Positions 11,914-25,035 of a DNA stretch of 64,000 bases are shown one piece after another. Source of the stretch: Octopus vulgaris. Taxonomy: Eukaryota. How positions within the stretch are numbered: the first letter of the stretch is position 1; every line of letters starts with the position of its first letter. Where the stretch lies: the NCBI GenBank assembly GCA_951406725.2, contig OX597820.1:97650001-97714000 (forward strand), given 5' to 3'. A model generated the notes under the pieces. The model was not told where the DNA came from, ran no database searches, and saw only the letters and a program-made list of their open reading frames with translations. Both the position numbers and the translations under genes were made by a program.

Positions 11914-13089
11914 TTTTCCACTGTTCGAAGCAGTCCTGGAACTCTTACGAAGTGATGGTTTTTAACGCCTCCGTCGATTTTTCTTCATCTCTTCTACGTC
12001 TGTAAAACATTTTCCTTTAACGACTTCTTTCTTTCGGGGAACAAGAAAACGTCGGAGGGAGCAAGATCGCTGGGAACAAGAATAGGGAGCGTGGGTATGT
12101 GGTTTCATGCCATTTTTGGTCAAAAACTGATTCACGCTCAAGGCAGGCGGTGAGCGTAGGCGCATTATCACGATGAAACCACAACTCTCCACTTTGCTAC
12201 AGGTCGGAGCGTTTTCATCTCACTGTGTCTCGCAAACGCTTCAGAACTGCTAAGTAAAATGTCTGGTTAACAGTTTGACCAGGAGGAACAAATGCTGTGT
12301 GAACAATTCCTTTCGCATCGATGAAGCAGCATCGTCTTGATATTGGACTTCACTTGACGCGCACTTTTGGGTCGTGGTGACATTGATTGCTTCCATTGAC
12401 TTGATTGCTACTTCATTTCCGAATCGTAGGCGTAGCACCAGCTTTCCTCACCAGTAATGGCCTTCGAAAAAATATTCGGATCGACTTCTATCTGTTCATT
12501 CAGTCGTGACTGCTTTTGATCTTCAGTGAGAGATCAAGACAAATTTGCTGCAGCTTTTTTCATTCGCAATTCCTCGCTCAAAATTCGTTAGCAGGAGCTC
12601 CAGGACACACCAGCCATATTAAAAAGTTCGCTAGTTGTTCGGCGGTGGTCCTCCGAGTTCAATTCATTAATTTTCGTGATGTCGTTCGGGAGGTCGATGG
12701 CCGCCCTGAACGAAGTTGGTCTTCAAGCGAAAAAAGTGACTATTCCTAAAGCCTGAAAACCACTCCAGAGTCTTTGTAAGCTGTTTGAAACATGAGAACT
12801 ATTTCGGCCGCTGTTCCCCCCCACCTCCGCAGAAAACAGAATTTCACGGAAGCACCTTGTTCCTTCGTTTCAGCCATCGCAAAAATCGATGAACAGAGAA
12901 GCACTGCAAAACAAAGACGCACCATGTGGCAGTACGAGTCTAGCCGACGCCGCCGGTCGGTAGACTGATGCCTGAGGATCGCATGAAGTGGCTTCTATCG
13001 CATGAAGTGGCTTCTAGCGATTGAAGCCTGAACAACAACGGGTTCGTCCCACAGAAAACTTTTCCGGTTTCTTTTGGGTACATCTTCGT
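11914..13089 (-). mobile_element. Near full-length decayed mariner element
   Basis: MAETKEQGASVKFCF, RSGRPSTS, ITGEESWCYAYDSE, HRDNAP, ALSVNQFLTKNGMKPHTHAPYS, KGKCFTDVEEMKK, EFQDCFEQWK; TIR-like ACGAAGATGTACCCAAAAGAAACCGGAA at 13060-13089. Confidence 0.85.
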
Positions 13090-13314
13090 TTCTATTGAAG
13101 TGACCTAGCGATTCTTGCCGGTATTTGGTACTACCTTTGTATGAAAATCTGGTCTCTTCAGTTGTAATTTCAGCCAATAAATGAATGTATAATACTCGAA
13201 TACAAGCAGTCACGCAAAGACAACCCTCCCCCACATGCAAACACATACAAACACAGCTATAACATACATAAAACACACAGACGGACAGTTCTTCATATGC
13301 ATATTTAATATATA

Positions 13315-13640
13315 GGAGCACTCCGTCGGTTACGACGACGAGGGTCCCAGCTGATACGATCAACGGAACAGCTTGCTCGTGAAATTAACGTGCAAGTGAC
13401 TGAGCAATCCACAGACACGAGTACCCTTAACGTAGTTCTCAGGGAGATTCAGCGTGACACAGAGTGGGACAAGGCCGGCCCTTTGAAATACAGGTAAAAC
13501 TCATTTTTGCCAGCTGAGTGGACTGGAGCAACGTGAAATAAAGTGTCTTGCTCAAGGACACAACGCATCGCCGGGAATCGAACTCACGACCTTACAATCG
13601 TCAGTCGAATGCCCTAACCACTAAGCCATGCGCCTTCACA
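13315..13640 (-). mobile_element. tRNA-derived SINE (head D + tail 1)
   Basis: Head GTGAAGGCGCATGGCTTAGTGGTTAGGGCATTCG; flanking CATATTTAAT repeat; homologous to 16664-16984. Confidence 0.85.
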
Positions 13641-13856
13641 TATTTAATGTATTAACTGAGAGGAATTACTCGTTGTCATTAGGAGCATGAATTTAAATAA
13701 CAAGAAGGAATACAATTATACTAAATACTAGAAAATATCTCGTTTTATTAAAATCTGTTTGCTCCGAGAGAAAAGAATGTGTGACAGCTCTGAGCGGCAA
13801 CTCCAGCCAACTCGGAATGAGAAAAGGAAATAAACATAAGCGATCAATAGTACAGT

Positions 13857-13970
13857 GGAATTAACGTGCCATTAAGAAAACTGTTTATTCCGTTTTTTTT
13901 TTTATTAAAAATTGTTGTCATTGTTTATTCTGGTGTAAAAAAAACGTTTTCTTAATGACATGTTAATTCT
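13857..13970. repeat. Short inverted-repeat (MITE-like) element
   Basis: GAATTAACGTGCCATTAAGAAAAC ... GTTTTCTTAATGACATGTTAATTC. Confidence 0.5.
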
Positions 13971-14138
13971 GTGAACATGTGTTTCTTCACAACGTTGTCC
14001 TACGCAGAATTTCTCCAGACATAAGACTTCATAAATATAGTCCTTGGATAATTTGCATAAATAAAACAATAATGAGCTAAAAGAAACACCTCAAAGTGGC
14101 CATAGGTATGAACTTGAAGAACAAGAACAAATATCGAG

Positions 14139-14372
14139 GGCGGCGAGCTGGCAGAAACGTTAGCACGCTGGCTGAAATGCGTAGCCGTATTTCGTCTGCC
14201 GCTACGTTCTGAGTTCAAATTCTGCCGAGGCCGACTTTACCTTTCATCCTTTCGGGGTCGATAAATTAAGTACCATTTACGCACTGGGGTCGATGTAATC
14301 GACTTAATCCGTTTGTCTGTCCTTGTTTGCCCTCTCTGTGTTTAGCCCCTTGTCGGTACTAAAGAAATAGGT
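14139..14372 (+). mobile_element. SINE family M with TSD AAATATCGAG
   Basis: GGCGGCGAGCTGGCAGAAACGTTAGCACG...TACTAAAGAAATAG; 10-bp direct repeat on both sides. Confidence 0.85.
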
Positions 14373-14679
14373 ATAAATATCGAGAACGAGGACAAAGAAA
14401 GGCATACGAATGCTATAGAAGATAATTTCGACGTATTTCCAGGGTGTTTGGGCTAAATTTAACGAGTCTTTTATCTGTCTCCTTCTCTTTTGCGGAACGA
14501 CTTGATTCATTGATGAGGAGTTACCGTCGTTGGAGAACATAAAGATTAAAGTTGTAGTTGAGAAAGATTTAGCTCGCATGGAAGACTGGAAACCACCAGA
14601 ATATTGGCAAAGCGTTTCCTGTATGATGATGATTCGCGCGGGTTATGACTGCTATTCAATGCTATGCTAACACTGTAAA

Positions 14680-14977
14680 GGTTATAAGACGTGACATGGA
14701 CATCATAAAAATCAAGTCCCCACAAACTGAGATGGTGTTTGGGTGTATTTCCAGCGAGGGCGACATCATGCCGCCCCACATTTGTGAACAGGGCTTTAGG
14801 TTCAATTCAGACGGCTATGTTTCTGGAGATTGAATTTCTAGAGACTGTAGTCAAACCCTAGCTGCAGAGGGTTGCTGTAGGAAGGTCATTTGTAGGAAGG
14901 CAGCAGGATTCGACGTCTTGTACTACCTCTGGAAAGCGTCAGAAATAGTTATCGGAGAATTTCTGACATCATTACCC

Positions 14978-14980
<3 letters not shown>
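14680..14980 (+). mobile_element. Tc1/mariner-superfamily (DD37D maT/rosa-like) transposase remnant
   Basis: KIKSPQTEMVFGCISSEGDIMPPHICEQGFRFNSDGYV...LETVVKP*LQRVAVGR...QQDSTSCTTSGKRQK*LSENF. Confidence 0.7.
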
Positions 14981-15053
<73 letters not shown>

Positions 15054-15064
15054 CACTACTACTA

Positions 15065-15367
15065 CAAAAGGATAAAAGGCAAAGTTGACCTCGGTGGGAT
15101 TTGAATTCAGAACGTAGCGGCAGATGAAATACCTATTTCTATTTCTTTACTACCCACAAGAGGCTATACACAGATGGGACAAACAAGGACAGACAAACGG
15201 ATTAAGTCGATTATATCGACCCCAGTAACTGGTACTTATTTAATCGATCCCGAAAGGATGAAAGGCAAAGTCGACCTCGGCGGAATTTGAACTCATATCG
15301 TAGCGGCAGAAGAAATACTGCTAAGCATTTCACCCGGCGTGCTAACGTTTCTGCCAGCTTGCCGCCT

Positions 15368-15368
<1 letters not shown>
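15065..15368 (-). mobile_element. SINE family M within (TAC)n, with a partial extra copy at 15065-15132
   Basis: Matches 1536-1767. Confidence 0.8.
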
Positions 15369-15422
<54 letters not shown>

Positions 15423-15741
15423 GTCTATGATAGAAAGGATGATATATCTCTTATAATGAAATGGTCCCCTTCTATAAAGTTAATAATACCTAATTCAATG
15501 TAATGTAATGTTTGATAGATCCTATATTCCTAACTGTTTTATACTGAATATATCCACAGCAATTGAAATACAGCTATATACGAATGTTAAGGATTCTATG
15601 ATTAAAAGAAGACTTTAAAATTTAAAAAGCTAAATGCTATAACGATAAAAAAAATACTAATAGTGATTCTGGGTCGACGATTCTCTCACGTGCCGAAAAG
15701 ATAAACAACCAATACATTTAGAAATTATACAAACGCGTGAG

Positions 15742-15782
<41 letters not shown>

Positions 15783-15790
15783 CACATATA

Positions 15791-15874
15791 ATTGCGATCG
15801 TCAGAGTAACACTCCAACCACTGTGCCACGCGCCTTCGTACAAGCACTAAATTTATGAATATATACATATACAT

Positions 15875-15936
<62 letters not shown>

Positions 15937-16050
15937 ATGTATATATATATATGTGTGTGTATGTGTATGTATATGTATATATTTATAAATATAGTGCTTG
16001 TACGAAGGCGCGTGGCACAGTGGTTGGAGTGGTACTCTGACGATCGCAAT
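15791..16050. repeat. Near-perfect 260-bp palindrome centred on (CA)n(TA)n(TG)n, duplicating a SINE head
   Basis: ATTGCGATCGTCAGAGTAACACTCCAACCACTGTGCCACGCGCCTTCGTACAAGCACTA is mirrored at about 15992-16050. Confidence 0.9.
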
Positions 16051-16322
16051 ACCAGGGTTTCGATAAACTGACTGTTGGTGCATTGTGTTCTTGAACAAAT
16101 CATTTCATTTCCCTTTCCTCCAGTCCACTAAGAAGTAAATGAGTAATTCTGGAACGAAATGGCGTTCTATTGAGTGGTGACGTAGCTCTGCTCGCGTAGC
16201 CAAAGGGGTGGCTTCATTTGAAGGCCACAACAATGCGCATTCTGGCATTGTAATCGGCAGTGTCTAACTACTTTTGATTGTCTGATCGATATAGTGATAC
16301 ACACAGACACACACATGGCTCT

Positions 16323-16377
<55 letters not shown>

Positions 16378-16605
16378 CATATATAAATACATACACACAC
16401 ACACACATATATATATATATAGCATGTATATATATATATATATACATGTATATAGCATGTATATATATATACGTGAATATATATAAAATTTATTTAGTTG
16501 CATATGTATGTGTGAGTATGTATGTGCGTATGGATGTATGTATGTGTGTGTATATATATAAGTATATATATATGTGTGTGTGTGTATATGTATATATATG
16601 TGCAC

Positions 16606-16663
<58 letters not shown>

Positions 16664-16984
16664 GACTCCGCCGGTTACGACGACGAGGATCCCAGCTGAT
16701 ACGATCAACGGAACAGCTTGCTCGTGAAATTAACGTGCAAATGGCTGAGCATTCCACAGACACGTGTACCCTTAACGTAGTTCTCGGGGATAATCAGCGT
16801 GACACAGAGAGTGACAAAGCTGACCCTTTGAAATACAAGTACAACTCATTTTTGCCAGCTGAGTGGACTGGGGCAACGTGAAATAAAGTGCCTTGCTCAA
16901 GGACACAACGCGTCGCCGGGAATCGAACTCACAACCTTACGATCATGAGCCGAATGCCCTAACCACTAAGCCACGCGCCCTCAC
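16664..16984 (-). mobile_element. tRNA-derived SINE (head D + tail 1)
   Basis: Homologous to 13315-13640. Confidence 0.85.
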
Positions 16985-17025
<41 letters not shown>

Positions 17026-18157
17026 GTATATATGTGTATGTGTGTGTGCATGAATGTATGTATGTATGTATGTATGTATGCATGTATATATGTATGTATG
17101 TGTACACGTGCGTGTCCGTGCGTTTATATGCTGTATTAATAACAAAAACTAAAATCTCCTCCTCACAACATGTTCGGTATAAAACTGGAATAGGTCACAG
17201 CGTTTTCGAAAATAATGTCGAATGTATTATTAATTCTAAATATAGGTGAATTCAATTTCGCTTCTGCAGGTTCGCGAAACCATGGCTAATGGAAATTGCA
17301 GATAGTATTTAAAGGAATACATCCCCGTGTAGCCGTATTTTATTTTATCAATTTATTTATCTATTTTCTTTTAATCTGTGAAGTTTGTCACTAGGCTTAT
17401 TTTTTCTACCAGCCCTATATGCCTGAGAAGACTGGAATTATTATTGTCACTATCCCTCTTTGGGGACATCCATATCGTTATTTTGTTTTAATATTTTTGT
17501 CTTTAAAATTTTATCTCAGCTTTATGTCTTTTCTGGTAGGAATTTCTTTTCTTTACTCTATGTAACAAAACCCGGCTACTTTTTCTTAACTCGTCTTTGT
17601 AGTAATGTTCTTGGTTCTGGAGTATTTTTACATTATATCTTTACTTACGGATTCGTTTTGTATGATATTACATTTATATTGCAATAAGTTACATCGACCA
17701 AACGTTCCCTGAATTTGATTAATATTTTGTACTATCGTCAAAAGTTTAATTTGCAACATATTTGAAAACTTGAACGCAACTATTTACAAAAGTATGTATG
17801 TATGTATGTTTGTTTGTATGTATTCATGTTCTTCAATTCTTCCTTTGAATAAGGAGCAAGTTTCTTACAAAAATACAAAGCTCCTACGTTGGAATGTAGA
17901 TCACGTAAATAACGTCACATGTTAAACCCGAGAAAAGTCTTGAATAGTTTTACAGTTTCGCTTACAGATTGTGTTAGTAATGTGTGAGTCAGTTGGTTGA
18001 TTTCTTTTTCTGAAAATCCAAGCTTACCCAAACTGACAGTTAGGCATGTATGTATGTATGTATGTATGTATGTATGTATGTATGTATGTATGTATGTATG
18101 TATGTATGTATGTATGTATGTATGTATGTATGTATGTATGTATGTATGTATGTATGT

Positions 18158-18338
18158 ATGAGGTACATGAAGCCCAGTTACAACTACAGCGGCTATTACC
18201 AGTAAAGGTTTTAGTTGCCAGTTTTGTACAAGACTTTGTAGATCTTTAGCTGGGCTAAAAAGTCACATTCGATCACAGCACCAGTAACAGTTAAGCTTCG
18301 TGCAATGGCCATACTCGATAACGCGGGGGCAGCCATAA
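18158..18338 (+). mobile_element. RTE-clade LINE 3' end (C2H2-like tail) in (TATG)n
   Basis: KGFSCQFCTRLCRSLAGLKSHIRSQHQ* then short 3'UTR GGCCATACTCGATAACGCGGGGGCAGCCAT. Confidence 0.65.
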
Positions 18339-18543
18339 TGTATGTAATGCATGTATGTATATACGTATGTATGCGTGCAAATTTGTATGTTTTGCTTTAT
18401 ATATGTATTTTCATGCATATAGTTGCATATCTAGACATGCTCATATATATATTCAAATGATAAACTTCTGGAATGTTTTACAGTTTTTTTACAGTTCCAG
18501 TGATGGATTCGATCTGTAGTCTTCGAATTAACTTGAATGTATG

Positions 18544-18577
<34 letters not shown>

Positions 18578-18636
18578 TGTATGTATGTATGTATGTATGT
18601 ATGTATGTATGTATGTATGTATGTATGTATGTATGT

Positions 18637-18820
18637 CTGGAACTCGGCTGAGGATAGAAAACTCCGAATGACTCGTCCTTGTTTCTCTTGTATCGTCTGT
18701 CTGTATATTTTGTTTTCCTTTTTTTGTTTCACCTAACTGTCTGGATGTTTTGCGTTCTTGTCCCATTTTTGTATTTTTTATATATAAAATATAGGGGTGC
18801 ACGTACACTTTGGTGTCTTA
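18637..18820 (+). mobile_element. PLE-like pLTR fragment related to 42993-43925
   Basis: CTGAGGATAGAAAACTCCGAATGACTCGTCC...ATGTTTTGCGTTCTTGTCCCATTTTTGTATTTTTT aligns with 43128-43218. Confidence 0.55.
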
Positions 18821-19265
18821 TATGTAAGTATATAAATATGTAAATATATACATACGTACGTACTTACGTATGTATGTATGTATATATGTAAGCATATGTG
18901 CAAATACACATATTGTTTTATTAATAATGTTTATTCGCTTATAAATTCCGCTAAGATATTTATGTATTTACATTTGTAGATGTTTCTATACGTGTGTATA
19001 GATGTTTGTGTGTGTTTGTGTGTATGTCTGTTTTTATTTTATATTTTATTTTATTTTATATGTCATTTGAAATTCTGAAAAATACAAAATTAATTATTGT
19101 GTGAGCAAGGCCACAAGTATGGCGGTATTAAGGTGTTTAAGTGAGGAAATTGAGATTAATCAGCAGAAAATGGAACATTAAAATGGCGACATTTTTTAAA
19201 ACAACCGAAAGCGGGAAGACAGAATTAGAAACAGAAACATACCCATGTACGTGCGCGTACACACA

Positions 19266-19326
<61 letters not shown>

Positions 19327-19471
19327 GCGCGCGTATGAACACATATATACACATGCAAACACACGCATGCATACATATGTATATAAAAATATGAAGTATG
19401 TACGAAACAAATAAAACTTCTAGAATAATATCCTCATACAAAAATCTCGAAATAGAATTGTTTATCAATAA

Positions 19472-19650
<179 letters not shown>

Positions 19651-19878
19651 AAGTGATACAAATCGCAATGATAATATGCAATCTTGTTATTGTAGCAATA
19701 ATAGGAATAAAGAATTACAATATCATAAAAGACTAGTTGAGAGATGACAGATAAAAAAAATGTATGATGAACATGTGCGAAGGAGAATGAGACGCAATGA
19801 GAGGGAGGGAGGAAGGAAAGGAAAGAGACAGGATGAGTAATGGATAGAGAGTTGAAAGGGTTGTCGAGTGTGAGATAT

Positions 19879-19920
<42 letters not shown>

Positions 19921-20001
19921 AGAGCAGAAAAACAAGCAGACGGAGAGAAGAAAGATAAGCAATAATTACAATAACGACACATACGCTCTCACAGGCATAC
20001 C

Positions 20002-20115
<114 letters not shown>

Positions 20116-20222
20116 GTGTATATATATGTATATGTATGTATGTACATATATATATATATATATAAATAATATATATATATTTATGTGTATATATATATAT
20201 ATGTATGCATATCTCTCTATCC

Positions 20223-20344
<122 letters not shown>

Positions 20345-20429
20345 TATGTATGTATTTATATATGTTTAAACGTATATATAAACTGAGCCACAAAAGAAAC
20401 GTCGCGCACACATACTAAATAGAAACCGG

Positions 20430-20870
20430 TTTATTAACACACTATCATAGCACTGATTGGGGTGTGCTAATTAAGAAGCCATTTTCTCCTAATGATAAAA
20501 CGTAATTTCCTGAAATATGTTCGACTTCAGATGGTGTCACGTGATGACGGAATGTCCTGGATCCAAACAGATGAACTCAATATCTTGAGTGACCACCGTT
20601 AACGTTGATTTTACCGCCAGGCATCTTCTGTACATTGAGTGCACCAAACGATTGATGAAGGCCAGGGAGATAGCAGCCTACACTCTGAAAAATTGCTGTA
20701 AGTTGTGCCGCAGTTGTCGGCCTTGGGCGGATGTCATTTAGCCCTCTTTGGATTTCTTCCGACAGGTGCTCTATTGGGTTCGAGTTCGAACCCTACATGC
20801 AATCCTTGTGTTTTCAAAAAATTGTGGTGTTGTGGATCAGTGACATCTTCCTGATTTCAAATTACCTAGA
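20430..20870 (-). mobile_element. Tc1-like transposase C-terminal remnant
   Basis: SNSNPIEHLSEEIQRGLNDIRPRPTTAAQL...INVNGGHSRY*, matching SPDLNPIEHLW...NGGHTRY. Confidence 0.75.
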
Positions 20871-20905
20871 AATGTGATAAAATTCATATAACCTCAATAT
20901 CGTAT

Positions 20906-21425
20906 GTTAAGTTAAGTTAAGTTAAGTTAAGTTAATTTTTTGGCTCAAAAAGCAAAAAGCAAGGCCACGTAGGGGGACATGGGGTTTTGTACAGGGAGGG
21001 TGTTCATGCAAAGAGTTCAGGCCATTTCTGGTCAAGAGAGACTTTGAACCGAGCGGTCGTCGGCATCTTCACTACCTCGTCCGGCAGCTTATTCCACGGA
21101 TCCGCAACCCGGACGAAGAAAGCCCCTCTCCTTCGATTGAGATGAAATCGTCGCAGATAGAGCTTTTCGGAGTGACCCCGCAGCCGACGCTCTGGAGCAG
21201 GGGTGAAGAACAGCTCTTTCGAGAGGTTACACTTTCCGCTTATGATGTGAGCGAGAATGAGATCACCACGGCGTCGTCGTTTTTCTAGAGAATAAAGGTC
21301 GAGCGTCTTCAGCCTTTCTTCATAAGACAAATGCTTGAGACCAAGAACCATGCGGGTAGCCAGCTTCTGGACTCTTTCGAGATGATGTATGTCTTTGAGG
21401 AGATAAGGAGAAGAGGCTTGAATCT
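20906..21425 (-). mobile_element. CR1/L2-group LINE 3' end with (TTAAC)n tail
   Basis: SPYLLKDIHHLERVQKLATRMVLGLKHLSYEERLKTLDLYSLEKRRRRGDLI...RGHSEKL...FFVRVADPWNKLP; short 3'UTR and (GTTAA)n at 20906-20935. Confidence 0.92.
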
Positions 21426-21486
21426 TTTCGTGGTATGTGAAACAAAAAAAACTTTTTTGCAGTGCGACATTTCTTTTGTAGTTCAG

Positions 21487-21530
<44 letters not shown>

Positions 21531-21660
21531 GACAAGTGGTGCTTAATTAAACTAGAATTAAATAACACCAACAACATCATCATCAACAACAACAAACAAA
21601 CAGACAACGAAAGAAGAAATGAAAACTTTTAGTTATGAAATTGTGAATGATGTGTTAGAA

Positions 21661-21711
<51 letters not shown>

Positions 21712-23238
21712 CAGCAGTAGTTTTTGTTGTTGTAGTGGTGGTAGTGGTGGTAGCTGTAATAGTCGAATTAAACAACAATAACATTTATGCAACAACAAAA
21801 GTAGTTTCAAAAACGGAAATATTTTTGATATTTTTTTAACGAAATTAAACGTAGTTTCACAACAGAAGTTACTTATGAAATAAAAGTGCCTAGCATTGCT
21901 TGAGGCACTCTACCCTCAATTTCTTGATGGAGTCACATGAGCACTGTAGTGACATACAGTGTGTTTTAAGGATATTTTAATTATTTCTGGTGGAGCCTTT
22001 CCCTCTCTCGCCAAAGTGAGACAGACAGAAAAGAAGGGAAGAGATAAAATGTAGGGATATAAGTTAAGGCTTGTTATTTTATTTATCGACCACGAAAAAT
22101 GGAAGTCAAAATTGTCTTCGACTGAGTTCGAACTTACAGAGGAGAGGACCGGAAAGTATATAATCGGACGCTCTAACGACTCTGCTAGCCGGCCGCCTTG
22201 TTAAAGCTTGCTCCACATTAAATGTTAAAGTGCGTGGTGTAGTGGTCAGGGTGTTACATTCACAATCGCAAAATCATGGTTTCAATTCTGGACCGGGAGA
22301 TGCGTTGTGTTCTTGATTTAAGGCACCCTATTTTCACGTTGCTCATGCCCACTCAGGTGTAAATTACCTGCAATGGAATGGCATCCCGTTCACTTGGTGA
22401 ATACTAGGATTAGAAACAGACTTCACAACTTTATTTACTACACATTATTAAAAGGGGCTTTGATCTTGTTTTGGTAACAACAATAAGGCGCAGAATAAAT
22501 AAGTATGCTAATAAACAAATATATAGATAAAAGTTAAAATACGACTGCTAACGGACTTGTAGAGATGAAACGTAACAGCATAATGTAGAGAAAAAAAATC
22601 AGTCGATAAATTTCATTTAAAAATTCACAGAAGTGAGATGAAAAGTTTATGGGAATATAACTAAAAAAAAAGAAGCGGAGAACTGTTGAATGTATTTATG
22701 GACTTTAATATGACTCTTCCAAACAATAACAGTGTTGGTTTCAGCACAGAGTATTAAATAAATATTCTTTCATAACATATGATACACACACACGCACACA
22801 CTCACACACACACATACACACACACAGAGCAAATTACACATGTACTTTGCAATGAATATATACTCTAAGAAGTGAAACCGGTGTGTAATTAGGTACTATA
22901 AAATATTTAGTCATGTATTTACGTAATTAAGTACTTTAGAGTGTCTAATAATGTATTTTGAAATGATTTCAATGTAGAAATGTACATTGGAATACGTAAT
23001 TTGAGAATGATTTGATTGTAATAGTATTCGAATTAAGTAAGTGTAATGTATGTCATTTCCTTTTAATTACAATTTCTTTGTATCTACCGACATATGTGGG
23101 GTATTATTAATATTATATGTATACATACAAACAAACACACACACACACAGACATATATACATAAACATTTGTGTGCATATATAAGTGTGTGTTTTTGTGT
23201 TTGTGAACACATTCACACGCACATATATATGCGCTTGC

Positions 23239-23323
<85 letters not shown>

Positions 23324-23324
<1 letters not shown>

Positions 23325-23628
23325 ATCACCGTGACCGACCAGGCCATCAGATGTTGTTGCGCATCGCTGGTCACAATGCGCTTCGCATTGTTTTAGCCTT
23401 CAAATGACGCCACCCTGCTGGCTAAGCGAGCAGGCCAACAGAAGAAAGAGTGAGAGAAAGTTGTGGCGAAAGAGTACAGCAGGGATCGCCCCCCCCCCTG
23501 CCGGAGCTCTCGTGGAGCTTTAGGTGTTTTCGCTCAATAAACACTCACAAAGCCCGGTCTGGGAATCGAAACCGCGATCCTACGACCGCGAGTCCGCTGC
23601 CCAAACCACTGGGCCATTGCGCCTCCAC
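23324..23628 (-). mobile_element. tRNA-derived SINE (head A + tail 2)
   Basis: Homologous to 38792-39081 and 60981-61283. Confidence 0.85.
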
Positions 23629-24348
23629 ATAAATATGAGTATGTACACACACACACACATCTATGTATTTGTATATGTATACACATAAATATATAGTTAT
23701 GGTACATTCTGTAAATAACGTAGTAGAGTATAGTATAGAGTTCATCCACCTTCAGAGTTACCCTGTGCAATCGAATAGTAGCATTATACCTACTTCCATG
23801 TTTGCGTTTGGGCATCTGTCATGTGTGAATAGGTAAATGAAAAAACTGGAGTCAACAAGAATGGGTGCGGTTGGACGTTTATTTTTCAATCACTACAATT
23901 GTTTCGACGTAACGTAGTTCTCTAGGTGTGCAGGTACTTGATTATGCAACTGTTTCCCTGCATTATGAGATCTAGTTGTTTTTCCTCAGGCGATATGTAG
24001 ATGTTTTCTCCGTAAGTTTAAAATCTTAGGCTTCAAAAGCATCCTATCTGTCTGTCGTGGGTTGAATATATATATATGTCGTGGGTTGAATATATATACG
24101 TCGAAACAATTGTAGTGATTGAAAAATAAACGTCCAACAGCACCCCTTCTTGTTGACTCCAGTTTTTTTCATTTATCTATTCACACATGACAGATGCCCA
24201 AACGCAAACATGGAAGTACGTATAATGCTACTATCCGATAGCACAGGGTAACTCTGAAGGTGGATAAGCTCTATACTATACTCTACTACGTTATTTACAG
24301 AATATACCATAACTATATATTTATGTGTATACTTATACAAGTACATAG

Positions 24349-24383
<35 letters not shown>

Positions 24384-24398
24384 CATACTCATATTTAT
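23627..24398. repeat. Long inverted repeat (arms about 23627-23910 and 24098-24398) built from a PLE pLTR plus flank
   Basis: Arms of about 285-300 bp with few mismatches; spacer carries a hammerhead 5' half and a tandem TGTCGTGGGTTGAATATATA duplication. Confidence 0.9.
23889..23994 (-). ncRNA. Type I hammerhead fold with extended stem II
   Basis: AUCGC-CUGAGGA-[about 75-nt hairpin incl. UAG/CUA, UCUC/GAGA, UGCAGG/CCUGCA]-GUC-GAAA-C(AAUU)G-UA-GUGAU; stem I AUCGC/GUGAU; palindromic ACAAUUGU stem III; GUA site. Confidence 0.65.
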
Positions 24399-25035
24399 GC
24401 GTGTATGGGGGGTTATAATTATGAGGAAATTAACATAGATTTGCATGGAAGAACTATTGTTTTCCAACATCATTTCATTTGTACCTCTTGTAACGATGGA
24501 CATCGCTCTGGTATACTTTATATCCTCTTCAACATTTCGTCGAGCACTTTAGAGTAGATTTATCTCAATTTTATACCAATTAAGACCGCTACTTGACTAG
24601 TATGCGTATATGTTTAACCTAATTGATTTATTAATGCATTTGTATGAACCAATTGGCCACTTTACAGTCATAAAATAGGCCTCCTAAGTGGATTTGATTA
24701 GAATTGTTGCTACTTCACGAACGATAACTCATCTCGTTTTGATAGGTTCAATGATGAGCTAAGACTGAAAGCTTACTGCAACTATAAAAAATCTTGCTGC
24801 CGAATCCGCTCGCTTCAGAAACCAGCTGCTGACGCAAGATAATTCGTATAAACTTCACATTGTCCTAGTATCATAAATATTTGTCAACAAGATAATTTCA
24901 GATATTTAACCCCAATAACCAAAAGCGTTCTAGCTGTGACTATTTATTTCAGTTACAGTTCCATTATTCAAAACTTTTCTTTTAAGACAGGACTTTTAAA
25001 CTCTTTTGCATTCAGATTAGTGTGTCAAATATCGT

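Noticed and set aside
17270-17480. Acceptor CTGCAG plus short ORF, or hammerhead halves (CGAAACCATGG; CCTGAGAAGAC)
   Set aside because: All frames stop within about 15 codons, and the ribozyme halves are incomplete and cannot be paired.
18198-18287. C2H2-like motif as a host zinc-finger gene exon
   Set aside because: It is a single finger with a stop and RTE-type 3'UTR inside (TATG)n, so it is better explained as a LINE end.
20906-20935. Telomere-like pentamer array
   Set aside because: It is the (TTAAC)n tail of the adjacent CR1-group LINE.
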